A stretch of 62,484 nt of DNA, filler included, from Myxococcota bacterium (GTDB lineage: Bacteria; Myxococcota_C; UBA6777), in the NCBI GenBank assembly GCA_023150835.1. It is 3 parts of 3 records of this genome, joined end to end, with 100 filler letters (N's around TTAATTAATTAA, not from the genome) between each part and the next. Parts side by side here need not be neighbours in the genome. Positions count along the whole stretch, not along the records: positions 1 to 29,948 come from JAKLKB010000080.1; 2 more parts are not named here. One strand, written 5' to 3'. Both the position numbers and the translations under genes were made by a program. Positions 19,846-29,686 of the stretch are shown one piece after another. The number at the start of each line of letters is the position of its first letter. The first letter of the stretch is position 1. Under the pieces are notes generated by a model that was not told the origin of the DNA, did no database searches, and was given only the letters and a program-made list of their open reading frames with translations.

Positions 19846-20017
19846 TAGGACTTACGCTGTTGACTAAAAAACCTGTGCTCGCAGCACTTCAAGCGGCTGT
19901 GCTGCTTGTTTGAAACACCATCGATCTCCCCGCGAACACGGGGCCCATAGAGCCGCGCTCTAAGGCCGAAGCGTGGGGGTCCAACCCCACAACACAATCC
20001 CAACCGCGTAAGTCCTA
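19846..20017. mobile_element. MITE, family A (TIR TAGGACTTACGC), enclosing an R1 repeat
   Basis: TAGGACTTACGC at 19846 and perfect reverse complement GCGTAAGTCCTA at 20006-20017. Confidence 0.8.
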
Positions 20018-20143
20018 TTTGATTCGGTTTTTTTGACTGTGCTGTTTTTTTTGTCCAAGCTTCGTCGCTTGTGTTGTCGAGGGTACGTTTCCCACCCCAA
20101 CTACAAACCAACGCCGCAAGGTGTTCGAGGATAGGGCAAAGCG

Positions 20144-22075
20144 ATGGACGCATTGAAACAAAGAGCAATCCGATGGATGTTGGGGATGGCGGTCTTTGGC
20201 TTTGGAGGGTGGGGGGTTTGGAGCCTTCACGGCCTTGCCTACGCCGACAACCCACCTCCCGCCCGATCTCCCTCCCCACACAAGACCACCCAGACATCAT
20301 CCCGCAACAAAAGCCCCAAGCGCACCAAGACCACGAAACGCACCAAGAAAACAGCGCGGCGTTTCTTCAAACGTCGCACCACACGAAAGCGCCGAGCATC
20401 GCGGTTTTTTCGCATACCTTGGCGCAGAAAGCCCCGCCCGCCCCGTCGTCCCGTCTGGAAGGACAACGTTCAACAGATGGTCGCTACCGCTCATCCGCTT
20501 GCGACACAAGCCGCGTTGGATATGTTAAAGCAAGGTGGAAACGCGATGGATGCTGCGGTCGCTGCGGGCTTTGTGCTGTCGGTTGTGGAACCGTATAGCT
20601 CTGGTATCGGTGGCGGCGGCTTTTTGCTGTACTACGATGCCCACAAAAAACACCTCAAAGCCTTGGACTTTCGCGAACGTGCGCCGCTCAAGTCCGATCC
20701 CCAGATGTACGCTCGCCACGACGAAAAAACCGCAGAAAAACTCTCCAAAGAAGGACATCTTGCAGCCGCCGTCCCCGGCATGGTCGCTGGACTCGCGGAA
20801 GCTGCCTATGCTTACTCGTTGCTGCCTTGGACCAAGCTGCTCGAACCCGCCCACAAACACGCCAAAGAAGGCTTCCCCGTCTATCGTCGGCTTGCGGGGG
20901 CCTTGCGCTATGCAAAGCCCAAACTTCGGAAATTTCGCGCCACACGCTCGATCTTTTTGAAAAGAGGAAAGCCCTTCGAGAAGGGCGAGATCCTCAAACA
21001 AGATCATCTCGCGTGGACCATCTCGCAGATCCAACGCTTTGGGCCGTATGCTTTTTATCAAGGCCGCGTCGCCCATTACATCCTGCGCGAGATGCAAAAA
21101 GGCGGGGGCCTGATCTCCGCAGATGACCTCAAAGCCTACAAGCCGCTGTGGGTCCAACCTGTTGTCGGTCGGTATCGCGGTTATACGATCTATTCGATGG
21201 GATCGCCTTCTTCGGGCGGAACCCATCTGATCCAGATGCTCAACATCCTTTCGGGCTTTCCCCTCCACAACATGAAACTTCGCGATCCCCAACGGATGCA
21301 CCTCGTGGTCGAAGCCATGCGCCTCGCCTTCGCTGATCGCGCTCGCTACCAAGGCGATGCCCGTTTTGTCAAAGTCCCCACTCACGGCTTGACTTCTCCA
21401 AAATACGCCGCTCTTTTGCGCAAACGCATCTCCGCACAACGCGCTACCCCCGATGGCTCCATCCAAGCGGGCGATCCCTACCCCTTCAATCACAAGCACA
21501 CCACCCACGTCTCGATCATCGACCGCTGGGGCAATGCCGCTTCGATGACCCTCACCATCAACACCACCTTCGGTTCAGGTGTCGTCGTCGATGGCACCGG
21601 CATCTTGCTCAACAACCAGATGGACGACTTCACCACACTACCCGGAAAACCCAACGCCTACAAACTGATCCAAAGCGTCAACAACACCATCGCACCCGGA
21701 AAATCCCCCCTTTCCTCCATGACTCCCACCCTGATCTTTGACGAAAAGTCCCTCCTTCGCGGGGCCATCGGTAGCCCGGGTGGACCCACCATCATCACCA
21801 CCGTCTTGCAACTCATCCTCCACCTGATCGACCAAGGTATCCAAGTCGAAGAAGCCATGAAGTTCCCCCGCCTCCACCACCAATGGCAACCCGCCCATCT
21901 CTTCGTCGAATCCAAACTCCGCACCCGTCACACCCTCCAAGGTCTCCAAAAACTTGGACACACCCTCAAGCGCAAGCCTTGGTGGGGAAACGCGATGGCG
22001 CTGTGGGTGACGAAGTGGCGTCAATTGACAGGGGCCGCTGATCCTCGCGGCGACGGTAGCGCCGAAGGCTTTTGA
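20144..22075 (+). CDS. ggt: Gamma-glutamyltransferase
   Basis: GGNAMDAAVA, SSGIGGGGF, DFRERAP, HTTHVS (autoproteolytic Thr), LNNQMDDF, PLSSMTP, GSPGG, AADPR. Confidence 0.95.
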   Translation: MDALKQRAIRWMLGMAVFGFGGWGVWSLHGLAYADNPPPARSPSPHKTTQTSSRNKSPKRTKTTKRTKKTARRFFKRRTTRKRRASRFFRIPWRRKPRPPRRPVWKDNVQQMVATAHPLATQAALDMLKQGGNAMDAAVAAGFVLSVVEPYSSGIGGGGFLLYYDAHKKHLKALDFRERAPLKSDPQMYARHDEKTAEKLSKEGHLAAAVPGMVAGLAEAAYAYSLLPWTKLLEPAHKHAKEGFPVYRRLAGALRYAKPKLRKFRATRSIFLKRGKPFEKGEILKQDHLAWTISQIQRFGPYAFYQGRVAHYILREMQKGGGLISADDLKAYKPLWVQPVVGRYRGYTIYSMGSPSSGGTHLIQMLNILSGFPLHNMKLRDPQRMHLVVEAMRLAFADRARYQGDARFVKVPTHGLTSPKYAALLRKRISAQRATPDGSIQAGDPYPFNHKHTTHVSIIDRWGNAASMTLTINTTFGSGVVVDGTGILLNNQMDDFTTLPGKPNAYKLIQSVNNTIAPGKSPLSSMTPTLIFDEKSLLRGAIGSPGGPTIITTVLQLILHLIDQGIQVEEAMKFPRLHHQWQPAHLFVESKLRTRHTLQGLQKLGHTLKRKPWWGNAMALWVTKWRQLTGAADPRGDGSAEGF

Positions 22076-22230
22076 GCCACCACGAGGCCGCCTTGTGGTT
22101 TGGCGGGGATCTGTGGTCGCGCCGAAGGCTTTTGAGCCTGCCTTGTCGCGGGGGGGCATCTGTGTTAAGAGGCCCCTTCTGCCGCGCAAAGGTTGCGTGG
22201 TCGGAAGTTGCCAAATGTCGAGGATATCCG

Positions 22231-23526
22231 ATGAGTCAAGTGAGTTATCCAGAACCGTTGTTTTTGACCTTGAGCAATGGTTTGAAGGTGGGGTTGTGGC
22301 CGTTGCAGCACTTACACAGCGTGGGGGTGGGCTTGTATTGTCGCGTGGGGTCTCGTTATGAATCCCCCGAAATCTCAGGGATATCGCATTTCCTTGAACA
22401 CATCTTGTTTCGTGGGAACGCCCATTATGAAACCTCCTACGCGATGAATCGGGACTTTGAGTCTTGGGGGGGATCGATCAACGGCTATACCACCCGAGAA
22501 TACACTTATTTTTACGGTCGTGTACATCCGACCTTTTGCAAAGAAGCGCTGTCCTTTATGGCCGAACTTGGGCGCGAACCGAGATTCTCTGAAGTCGAGA
22601 CCGAACGCGCCATCATCTTGGAAGAACGCCTCGAAGATGTCGACGAAGACGGCCTTGACATCGATATCGACGATATCTCTTGGCGATCCTATTGGGGCGA
22701 TCATCCGCTTGCTCAAAAGATCATCGGAACCCCCCAAGCCCTGCGTTCGATCTCCGAAGCCCAGTTGCGCGAACACTTTGCCCGCTTCTTTTGTGGTGAA
22801 AACCTTGCGGTCTGTGTGACGGGCCGTTTTGAGGTGGACGAGATCATGCCCGTCCTCGAAGCCGAGTTCGGATCTCTCCCCAAAGGTCAACGCATCTCCG
22901 CTTCCCCTGTCCCCCGACCTTTCGCGCCACAACAACAGCCCGCTTTTGTCACCCACGACGATACGCAGATCGCCCTCCAGTTGTCTTTTCCCGGACCCGG
23001 ACCCAAAGATCCCGATTATCCAGCCTTTTTGCTCCTTGAGCGCATCCTCGACGACGGCATGAGCAGCCGCTTGTGGCGTCGCATCGTCGAAGAGATGGGC
23101 TTGTGCTACGATCTTTGGGCGCAGTTGGATGTCAATTACGACTTTTGTATGCTTGAGATCGGCGCGCAAGTCGCCACCGAGAAAGCCGTTCAGCTTGTCG
23201 AAACCCTCTACCAAGAACTGATCCTGCTGCGAGACCAAGGCCCCACCGACGAAGAACTCACTCTCGCCCGTCGCCGCTTGCGTTTTGGCCGCGAGTTTGC
23301 CCTCGATCAAAGCGAAACCATGAACGAATATCTCGGTGTGGCCATCCTTTATGAAAACTACGTCCCCATCGAGATCCGCCTCCGCCAACTCGAAGCCATC
23401 TCCAAAGACGATATGAAAGCCTTCTTGCATACTCTGTTTTGCAAAAACACCCAACTCCTCGCAGCGATCGGCTCCCTCACCAAAGGACTCAAAAAACGTC
23501 TGCGCGAAAGCATCGAAGTCCTCTAG
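22231..23526 (+). CDS. M16 (pitrilysin-family) zinc peptidase
   Basis: GSRYE...GISHFLEHILFRG, INGYTT, GMSSRLW. Confidence 0.92.
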   Translation: MSQVSYPEPLFLTLSNGLKVGLWPLQHLHSVGVGLYCRVGSRYESPEISGISHFLEHILFRGNAHYETSYAMNRDFESWGGSINGYTTREYTYFYGRVHPTFCKEALSFMAELGREPRFSEVETERAIILEERLEDVDEDGLDIDIDDISWRSYWGDHPLAQKIIGTPQALRSISEAQLREHFARFFCGENLAVCVTGRFEVDEIMPVLEAEFGSLPKGQRISASPVPRPFAPQQQPAFVTHDDTQIALQLSFPGPGPKDPDYPAFLLLERILDDGMSSRLWRRIVEEMGLCYDLWAQLDVNYDFCMLEIGAQVATEKAVQLVETLYQELILLRDQGPTDEELTLARRRLRFGREFALDQSETMNEYLGVAILYENYVPIEIRLRQLEAISKDDMKAFLHTLFCKNTQLLAAIGSLTKGLKKRLRESIEVL

Positions 23527-23528
23527 GG

Positions 23529-23644
23529 TAGGAGTTACGCAGTTGAAGAGGGAAAGCGTGAAGAATCAACCCGTTGTAGGGGCGGTTCGCGAACCGCCCG
23601 CGCCCGAACATGGGCCTTTTTCGTATCGAACTGCGTAAGTCCTA
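23529..23644. mobile_element. MITE, family A, enclosing a GTAG-type REP hairpin
   Basis: TAGGAGTTACGCAGTT ... AACTGCGTAAGTCCTA (16-bp TIR, 1 mismatch); internal GTAGGGGCGGTTCGCGAACCGCCC. Confidence 0.85.
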
Positions 23645-23649
23645 ACCAA

Positions 23650-25269
23650 TTAGCGAGGCAGACCGATCAAAAAGCGCGTGCCATGAGGGGGTAAGTTGTG
23701 GTGGGTGAGGGTACCGCCGTGTCCGAGGATGATCTGTTGTGTGAGCGGAAGCCCAAGCCCCGAGCCGTCGTCTTTGGTGGAAAAGAAAGGATCGAAGATC
23801 TTGTCTTGGTTTTCGGGGGGGATACCTGAGCCGTTGTCGTCGATCTGGATGGCGACGCCGTCTTCGGTGTGATCGATGCCGATGGCGATGCGTGGCGTTG
23901 CGGCTGGACCCGAAGAAGCCGCTTCGGTGGCGTTGCGGATCAAGTTAAGCAGGGCTTGTCGGATCTGGCGCTGATCGATGTGAACCAGCGCATACGTGGG
24001 GGCTTTGTTCCACGCCCAGATCACGCGACGGGCAGCCAGTTCGGGAGACAGAAAGCCCATGATATCTTGGAGTAGGGCGGCGATATTGGCTTCTTCAAGC
24101 TGTGGGGGAGGGAGTCGCGCAAAGTGGAGGTATTCTTCGGTGATCGAGGTGAGGCGCTCGACTTCGCGGGCGGCGGCATGGAGGACTGCAAGGGCTTCTT
24201 GGGGTTCGGGGAGTTGTTGGATATCGTCTTCGAGCAGTTCGAGGTTGAGTCCGATGGCATTGAGGGGGTTTCGGACTTCGTGGGTGATCTGGGCGGCGAG
24301 TCGGCCAATGGCGGCGAGGCGTTCGGAGCGCAGAAGTTTTTCGGAGCTTTGTTGGAGATCGCGGTAGGCCTCTTCGAGGGCGGTGCGTTGTTGGGCGAGG
24401 TGTTGATCGCGCTCGTGGAGAGAGCGGGCCATGCGGTTAAAGTCTTGTGCAAGCTGTCCGATCTCGTCGGTCGATGGGATATCGAGGGCTTGGATATAAT
24501 CGCCTTCGCTGATCCGCGCCGCCATCGCCGTCAAATGGCGGATCCGACTCAGCGGGATCACGCTCCACAACAAAGTCAACAAACCCATCAATAGCCCCGC
24601 ACCACTCGACAAGATCAGACCCAAGACCGCACGATGCTCTTCGCGCTCGGCATCCAACACCGCTTGCAACGGTCGAAAGTCCATGTGTTTGATTAATTGT
24701 TGCATCTCTGTGCGCAGCGCGTCATCCGCTCGTTGAAATCGCTGTTGATGCGTCCGCAGGGTGGCTTGCGCAACCGCCCCGAGTGTGTCTTGTGTTTGCA
24801 GCAACGCACGTTGCCTTTGTTCGGTAAAAAACAAGATCCGCTGGAAATGCAGATGAAGCTTTTGTACAAAGTCCGCATCGCGTTGTTGGGTATGTTGTGC
24901 AAGCTGCTTGATGATCGACACCGAAGCCACGAGCTTTGTGTGGACCGCAGGGGCAAAGGCCAGACGTTCGAGCCATTCCCGTTGGAGCGTTTGTGGTGTA
25001 GAGGCCAGAAAGCGCATCGCGTCATCGCGCTTGTTAAGTTGGAGGGCTTCGAGTTGTGAGATGCGGGTATTCAAGCGATACACGGGACGAAGTAGCCGCA
25101 GATGGAGTCCGATCTGCCGCAGTTGGTAGATGCTCCATAGATTCACGGCTCCAAACGTGAGCAAAAGCATCAAAAATCCAAGCAAGATACGGGTGGGGAT
25201 CGGAAGTCGAAGACGTGTCAACAACGATTCTCCGTGTGTTTGGGCGAGTAGAGACGAGAGGAAAAACAT
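23650..25269 (-). CDS. Membrane sensor histidine kinase (HAMP-HisKA-HATPase)
   Basis: Two TM helices, DEIGQLA HAMP, HEVRNPL, NLIRNA, DNGSGI, FFSTK, GSGLGL; exact start uncertain. Confidence 0.93.
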   Translation of the reverse strand: MFFLSSLLAQTHGESLLTRLRLPIPTRILLGFLMLLLTFGAVNLWSIYQLRQIGLHLRLLRPVYRLNTRISQLEALQLNKRDDAMRFLASTPQTLQREWLERLAFAPAVHTKLVASVSIIKQLAQHTQQRDADFVQKLHLHFQRILFFTEQRQRALLQTQDTLGAVAQATLRTHQQRFQRADDALRTEMQQLIKHMDFRPLQAVLDAEREEHRAVLGLILSSGAGLLMGLLTLLWSVIPLSRIRHLTAMAARISEGDYIQALDIPSTDEIGQLAQDFNRMARSLHERDQHLAQQRTALEEAYRDLQQSSEKLLRSERLAAIGRLAAQITHEVRNPLNAIGLNLELLEDDIQQLPEPQEALAVLHAAAREVERLTSITEEYLHFARLPPPQLEEANIAALLQDIMGFLSPELAARRVIWAWNKAPTYALVHIDQRQIRQALLNLIRNATEAASSGPAATPRIAIGIDHTEDGVAIQIDDNGSGIPPENQDKIFDPFFSTKDDGSGLGLPLTQQIILGHGGTLTHHNLPPHGTRFLIGLPR

Positions 25270-26964
25270 TTGGTAACGATTCGTGCAGAAAATCCATTGA
25301 TTGTCCAGAGTGATCTAACGCTTTTGGTCGAGGTGTACAGTCCGCGTTATGTGCCGCTACGCGAAAAGCTGGCGCGTTTTGCGGAGTTGGTGCGCTCTCC
25401 CGAACACATCCACACCTATCGCATCACGCCCCTTTCCTTGTGGAATGCCGCTGCTTCGGGCTTGGCCACCGGCGATATCTGCTCGACCCTCACGGAGTTT
25501 GCCAAGTACCCCGTCCCCGAACACGTCTACCTCGAAGTCCGCGCCCAGATGGATCGCTACGGCATGATCCGCCTCTATGCCGATGAAGGCGGCCTCCGCC
25601 TTGAAATCGATGAACCCCTGCTGCGTGAACAACTCCGCCGTCACCCCAAGATCGCCAAACTCCTCCATCCCCACGCCCAACACAACGCCTTCTGGGTCGA
25701 AACCTTGCATCGCGGCGAAGTCAAGCAAGCCTTGATCAAACTCGGCTACCCCACCCGCGACGAAGCAGGGTTCACCACCGGCACGCCCCTGTCTGTTCGC
25801 TTGCGCACCACCACCCTCTCTGGCGAGCCGTTTGCCTTGCGCAGCTACCAAGAAGAATCCGTCGATATCTTTGATGCGGGCGGTGGACCCGAAGGCGGGC
25901 ATGGCGTGATCGTCCTCCCTTGTGGCGCTGGAAAAACCGTCGTCGGCATCGGCGTGATGGCTCGCGCTCAAGTCCAAACCTTGATCTTGGCCACCAATAT
26001 CTCCGCCTGTCGCCAATGGGTCCGCGAGATCCTCGATAAAACCCAGCTTTGCGAAGAAGATGTCGGCGAGTATTCGGGCGAACGCAAAGAGATCCGACCC
26101 GTCACCGTCGCCACCTACCAGATCTTGACCTACCGCCAAGACAAACTCGGTGACTTCCCACACTTTGGCGTGTTCCATGCCCAAAACTGGGGCTTGGTGA
26201 TCTACGATGAAGTCCATCTGTTGCCCGCCCCCGTCTTTCGCATGACCAGCGCCCTCCAAGCCCGCCGACGCTTGGGCCTCACCGCCACCTTGGTTCGCGA
26301 AGATGGCCTCGAAGATGACGTCTTCTGTCTGATCGGCCCCAAACGCTTTGATCTGCCTTGGCGTGAACTCGAAGAAAAGGGCTTTATCGCCGAAGCCCAA
26401 TGCCACGAATACCGCGTCGAAATGCCCCGCGATGCTCGCCTCGATTACGCCACCGCTTCCGAACGCTCCCGTGTTCGCTTGGCCTCCGAAAATCCCCTCA
26501 AACTCACCCTCTCCCAAGCCCTCTGCCAAAAACACCTCGACGATCACGTCCTTGTGATCGGACAATACATCGAACAACTCCGCGAATTCGCCCGCGTCCT
26601 TGATGCCCCCCTCATCACAGGACAAACCCGCACCGAACGCCGCGAAAAGCTTTACGAAAGTTTCCGCTCCGGAGAAACCCGTCTGCTCGTCGTCTCCAAA
26701 GTCGCCAACTTCTCCATCGATCTCCCCGACGCCAACGTCCTGATCCAGATCTCAGGCAGCTTCGGCTCCCGCCAAGAAGAAGCACAACGCTTGGGCCGCA
26801 TCCTCCGACCCAAAGATGGACTCGCTTATTTTTATTCTCTCGTCAGCCGCGATACCTGCGAACAAGACTTCTCCATGAAACGCCAACGCTTCCTCACCGA
26901 ACAAGGCTACCAATACCAAATCCACGAGATCTCCCGCGAAGACCTCGACAAAGGTCTCTTGTGA
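25270..26964 (+). CDS. XPB/Ssl2/Rad25-like DNA helicase
   Basis: NPLIVQSDLTLLVE, SPEHIHTYRITPLSLWNA, LPCGAGKT, DEVH, GLTATLVRED, GSRQEEAQRLGRILRPK. Confidence 0.93.
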   Translation: MVTIRAENPLIVQSDLTLLVEVYSPRYVPLREKLARFAELVRSPEHIHTYRITPLSLWNAAASGLATGDICSTLTEFAKYPVPEHVYLEVRAQMDRYGMIRLYADEGGLRLEIDEPLLREQLRRHPKIAKLLHPHAQHNAFWVETLHRGEVKQALIKLGYPTRDEAGFTTGTPLSVRLRTTTLSGEPFALRSYQEESVDIFDAGGGPEGGHGVIVLPCGAGKTVVGIGVMARAQVQTLILATNISACRQWVREILDKTQLCEEDVGEYSGERKEIRPVTVATYQILTYRQDKLGDFPHFGVFHAQNWGLVIYDEVHLLPAPVFRMTSALQARRRLGLTATLVREDGLEDDVFCLIGPKRFDLPWRELEEKGFIAEAQCHEYRVEMPRDARLDYATASERSRVRLASENPLKLTLSQALCQKHLDDHVLVIGQYIEQLREFARVLDAPLITGQTRTERREKLYESFRSGETRLLVVSKVANFSIDLPDANVLIQISGSFGSRQEEAQRLGRILRPKDGLAYFYSLVSRDTCEQDFSMKRQRFLTEQGYQYQIHEISREDLDKGLL

Positions 26965-27151
26965 TCCCCTTCCCCCCCAGACCCATCTCTCCTCGTTGTC
27001 ATCCAACCAAAGAGAGTCCACGAAAAACACGGAAAACACGGAAAAAGAAAGGGACGGGGATCAGGCGGTATCGAGTAAACGTGCGGAGCGGGGAGCCGCG
27101 AAGCGACGGGGTGAGGTCAGCACAGTCAACAACGTGCGGATGGCCTTGAGA

Positions 27152-27265
27152 ATACGAAATCCGCCCGTAGCGTGATCGTTAAACGTAGGGGCATACAGGT
27201 GTGGCTGCCCAACCGTAGGGCATCTACGCACGATCCTTGGATCACACATCTTGCGGATATCGTAT
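27152..27265. mobile_element. MITE, family E (TIR ATACGA[A/T]ATCCGC), enclosing a GTAG REP
   Basis: ATACGAAATCCGC ... GCGGATATCGTAT (12/13 match); homologous to 51980-52101 in opposite orientation. Confidence 0.7.
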
Positions 27266-27395
27266 GAGACACCCTCTCCGCACGTCACAACGCCATCGAA
27301 AGAAGGCGCGGGGGTGGCGTGTGGCTCTTGCTTCTCGGTCAGTTGTTTGTTTTGCTGTCGCTTTGGGGTTTTGAAAGAGTATACGGGAGGCTGCG

Positions 27396-29519
27396 ATGGA
27401 CAAGAAAGCGCTGATGGAAGAATTGGAACAGTTGGGGAAGTTGCACCAAGCAGGCGTGCTATCGCAAGCAGAATTCGAGGCCGAAAAAGCCGATTTGTTG
27501 GGACAGTTGCGGGCTTTGCGTGGTGGGCAAGCGCCCGTGCTTTCGAAGGGCGGTGGCGGCGGCGCAGGTCAAGCGCATGGGGCGGATGTATTGGCAACGG
27601 GATTTGCGGAAGATCAAGGGCAAACGGGCTTTGGTGTGGGGAGCGTGGTGGGGGAGCGGCATCGGTTGGTGCGGAAGTTGGGGCAAGGCGGGATGGGCGA
27701 AGTGTGGTTGGCCGAGGATGTGCGGTTGGGTCGGGTGTTCGCGCTGAAGTTTTTAGCGGATGCACTGGTGGGATCAGCGGAAGCGTTGGGACGGATGCAC
27801 CGAGAATATGAAGTGTTAGAAAAGCTGTCGCATCCGAATATCGTGCGCGTGTTTGATATGGATCAGGACCAAGAGAGCGGACGTTGGTATCTGCGGATGG
27901 AGTATGTGGAAGGCGAAGACTTGGGGAAAAAGCTCAGCGAAGTCTCGCAACAGGCCAAACGACCGTTGTTTGGGATGGATGTGATGGTGGGATGGTTGGG
28001 GCAGCTTGTGGAGGCGTTGGAACACGCGCATCAGCGGGGGATCTTGCACCGCGATATCAAGCCCGCGAATCTGATGTTGGCGACGAGTGGAACGCTCAAA
28101 GTGATGGACTTTGGGATAGCGCGTATGGTGAGTGGGACGCATACCACGCAACATACCGCGATGATGGGGTCGATGTACTATGCCGCCCCCGAATTGTTGC
28201 GTGGCCAATCTGCGACTTTGGCGGCGGATATCTATTCGTTTGGGGTGTTGGCGTATGAGATGTTGATGGGGGATCTGCCGATGGGGCGGTTTGCGCTGCC
28301 GTCTTCGGTGTTTGGGGGATTCTCTGAGAGGGTGGATGATGCGCTAGAGCGGATGTTGCAGGTGAATCCCAAGCAGCGGGGAGAATCGTTGCGGGAGGCG
28401 TGGTTGCCTTTGCGCGATGCGCTGCTCGTGAAAGCGCCAGCGGTGGTGTCACCCAACCCTGCGCCGCCGTCTCCGAAGAACGAGGCGATTTCACCGCCGC
28501 TCCAACCCGCGTCCGATCTCAGGTTGTCGGCGCTCTCCGTATTGTCGCCAGAGATCGACGCCTTTGTATCGTCATTCCGACCCGATCTATCGTTGGCGTC
28601 TCCGCAGATCGAGGCCGTGATGCCGCCAAGCCAACCCAACGTCCCCGAGCCATCGACAAGACAACGGCAGGTCGCACCGAATCCGACGCCGTTGTACGCG
28701 ATCGACTACGATCGATCGGCAGGAGAACGGCGGGTGTTTCGTTTGGGCGGGGCGGACTTTGCGATGCGCTGGATTCCTGCGGGGCGCTTTCTGATGGGCG
28801 CAGGAGTCGACGACAACAAGGCTTTCAGCGATGAACATCCGCAACACGAAGTGACGGTGACACAGGGATTTTGGATGGGCGAAACGCCCGTCACACAAGA
28901 GCAATACCAAACGATCATGGGCAAGAACCCATCGTATTTTCAACGTGTGGGTGTGGGGGCACCTGTGGAGTCTGTGAGTTGGTACGATGCAGCGGCGTTT
29001 GCAAACCATCTGTCGGAATTGGAAGGTTTGTCGGCTTGTTTTGTGGGAACAGGGGAAAAGATGGAGGGGGTGGGGAACAAGGGCAGCGATTATCTGGGCT
29101 GTAAAGGTTGGCGTTTGCCGACAGAGGCGGAGTGGGAACACGCTTGTCGGGCAGGAACCACTTCGCCGCGCTACGGAGACGTGGACCCGATCGCATGGTA
29201 CCGCAAAAACAGCGGAGACCATACGTGTCTTGTGAGGCAAAAACAAGCCAACGCTTGGGGGTTATACGATATGTTGGGCAACGTCTGGGAGTGGTGTTAT
29301 GACTGGTATGGTGGTTATCCGGCCCAAGCCGCGACAGATCCGACAGGCACCGCTATCGGCGCAAGCTGCGTGTCACGGGGAGGCAGTTGGGACTCCGACG
29401 CCCACAGCGTGCGTGCGGCGACTCGCTATATCGGCACACCAACAAACCGCAACTACGCTCTCGGTTTTCGTGTCGTCAGGTCGGGTCGTGCGGGGAGCGC
29501 CAAAGCATCAGAAGGGTGA
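27396..29519 (+). CDS. SHOCT + Ser/Thr kinase + FGE-sulfatase (SUMF1/CLec-fold) domain protein
   Basis: LEQLGKLHQAGVLSQAEFEAEKADLL (SHOCT); GQGGMGEV, HRDIKPAN, DFG; FLMG...ETPVTQ...RLPTEAEWE...NAWGLYDMLGNVWEW...RGGSW...GFR. Confidence 0.92.
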   Translation: MDKKALMEELEQLGKLHQAGVLSQAEFEAEKADLLGQLRALRGGQAPVLSKGGGGGAGQAHGADVLATGFAEDQGQTGFGVGSVVGERHRLVRKLGQGGMGEVWLAEDVRLGRVFALKFLADALVGSAEALGRMHREYEVLEKLSHPNIVRVFDMDQDQESGRWYLRMEYVEGEDLGKKLSEVSQQAKRPLFGMDVMVGWLGQLVEALEHAHQRGILHRDIKPANLMLATSGTLKVMDFGIARMVSGTHTTQHTAMMGSMYYAAPELLRGQSATLAADIYSFGVLAYEMLMGDLPMGRFALPSSVFGGFSERVDDALERMLQVNPKQRGESLREAWLPLRDALLVKAPAVVSPNPAPPSPKNEAISPPLQPASDLRLSALSVLSPEIDAFVSSFRPDLSLASPQIEAVMPPSQPNVPEPSTRQRQVAPNPTPLYAIDYDRSAGERRVFRLGGADFAMRWIPAGRFLMGAGVDDNKAFSDEHPQHEVTVTQGFWMGETPVTQEQYQTIMGKNPSYFQRVGVGAPVESVSWYDAAAFANHLSELEGLSACFVGTGEKMEGVGNKGSDYLGCKGWRLPTEAEWEHACRAGTTSPRYGDVDPIAWYRKNSGDHTCLVRQKQANAWGLYDMLGNVWEWCYDWYGGYPAQAATDPTGTAIGASCVSRGGSWDSDAHSVRAATRYIGTPTNRNYALGFRVVRSGRAGSAKASEG

Positions 29520-29599
29520 AGGCGAGCAGCGTGGGCCTCGCCAAGGCATCGGAAGGGTCGAGGGCGATGTTGGGTTTCTCCCCCTCGCCTCCGCAGCGT

Positions 29600-29684
29600 A
29601 GCGTCGCGAGGAGAGGGGGCAGGGGGGTGAGGGGTTGATCGATCTCGAATCCTCTGTTTATTTCGCTTTTTGTACCCTTGTAAG
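29600..29684. mobile_element. Right end of a family-D MITE
   Basis: gaatcctctg..tatttcgc.ttttgtaccc.tgtaag matches the right end of the 39213-39518 element. Confidence 0.65.
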
Positions 29685-29686
29685 CC

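Noticed and set aside
27061-27300. Possible DGR template repeat or FGE remnant (minus-strand ...GGFRILK)
   Set aside because: No nucleotide match to the FGE C-terminus at 29375-29472; the GFR-like peptide comes from a family-E MITE terminal repeat.
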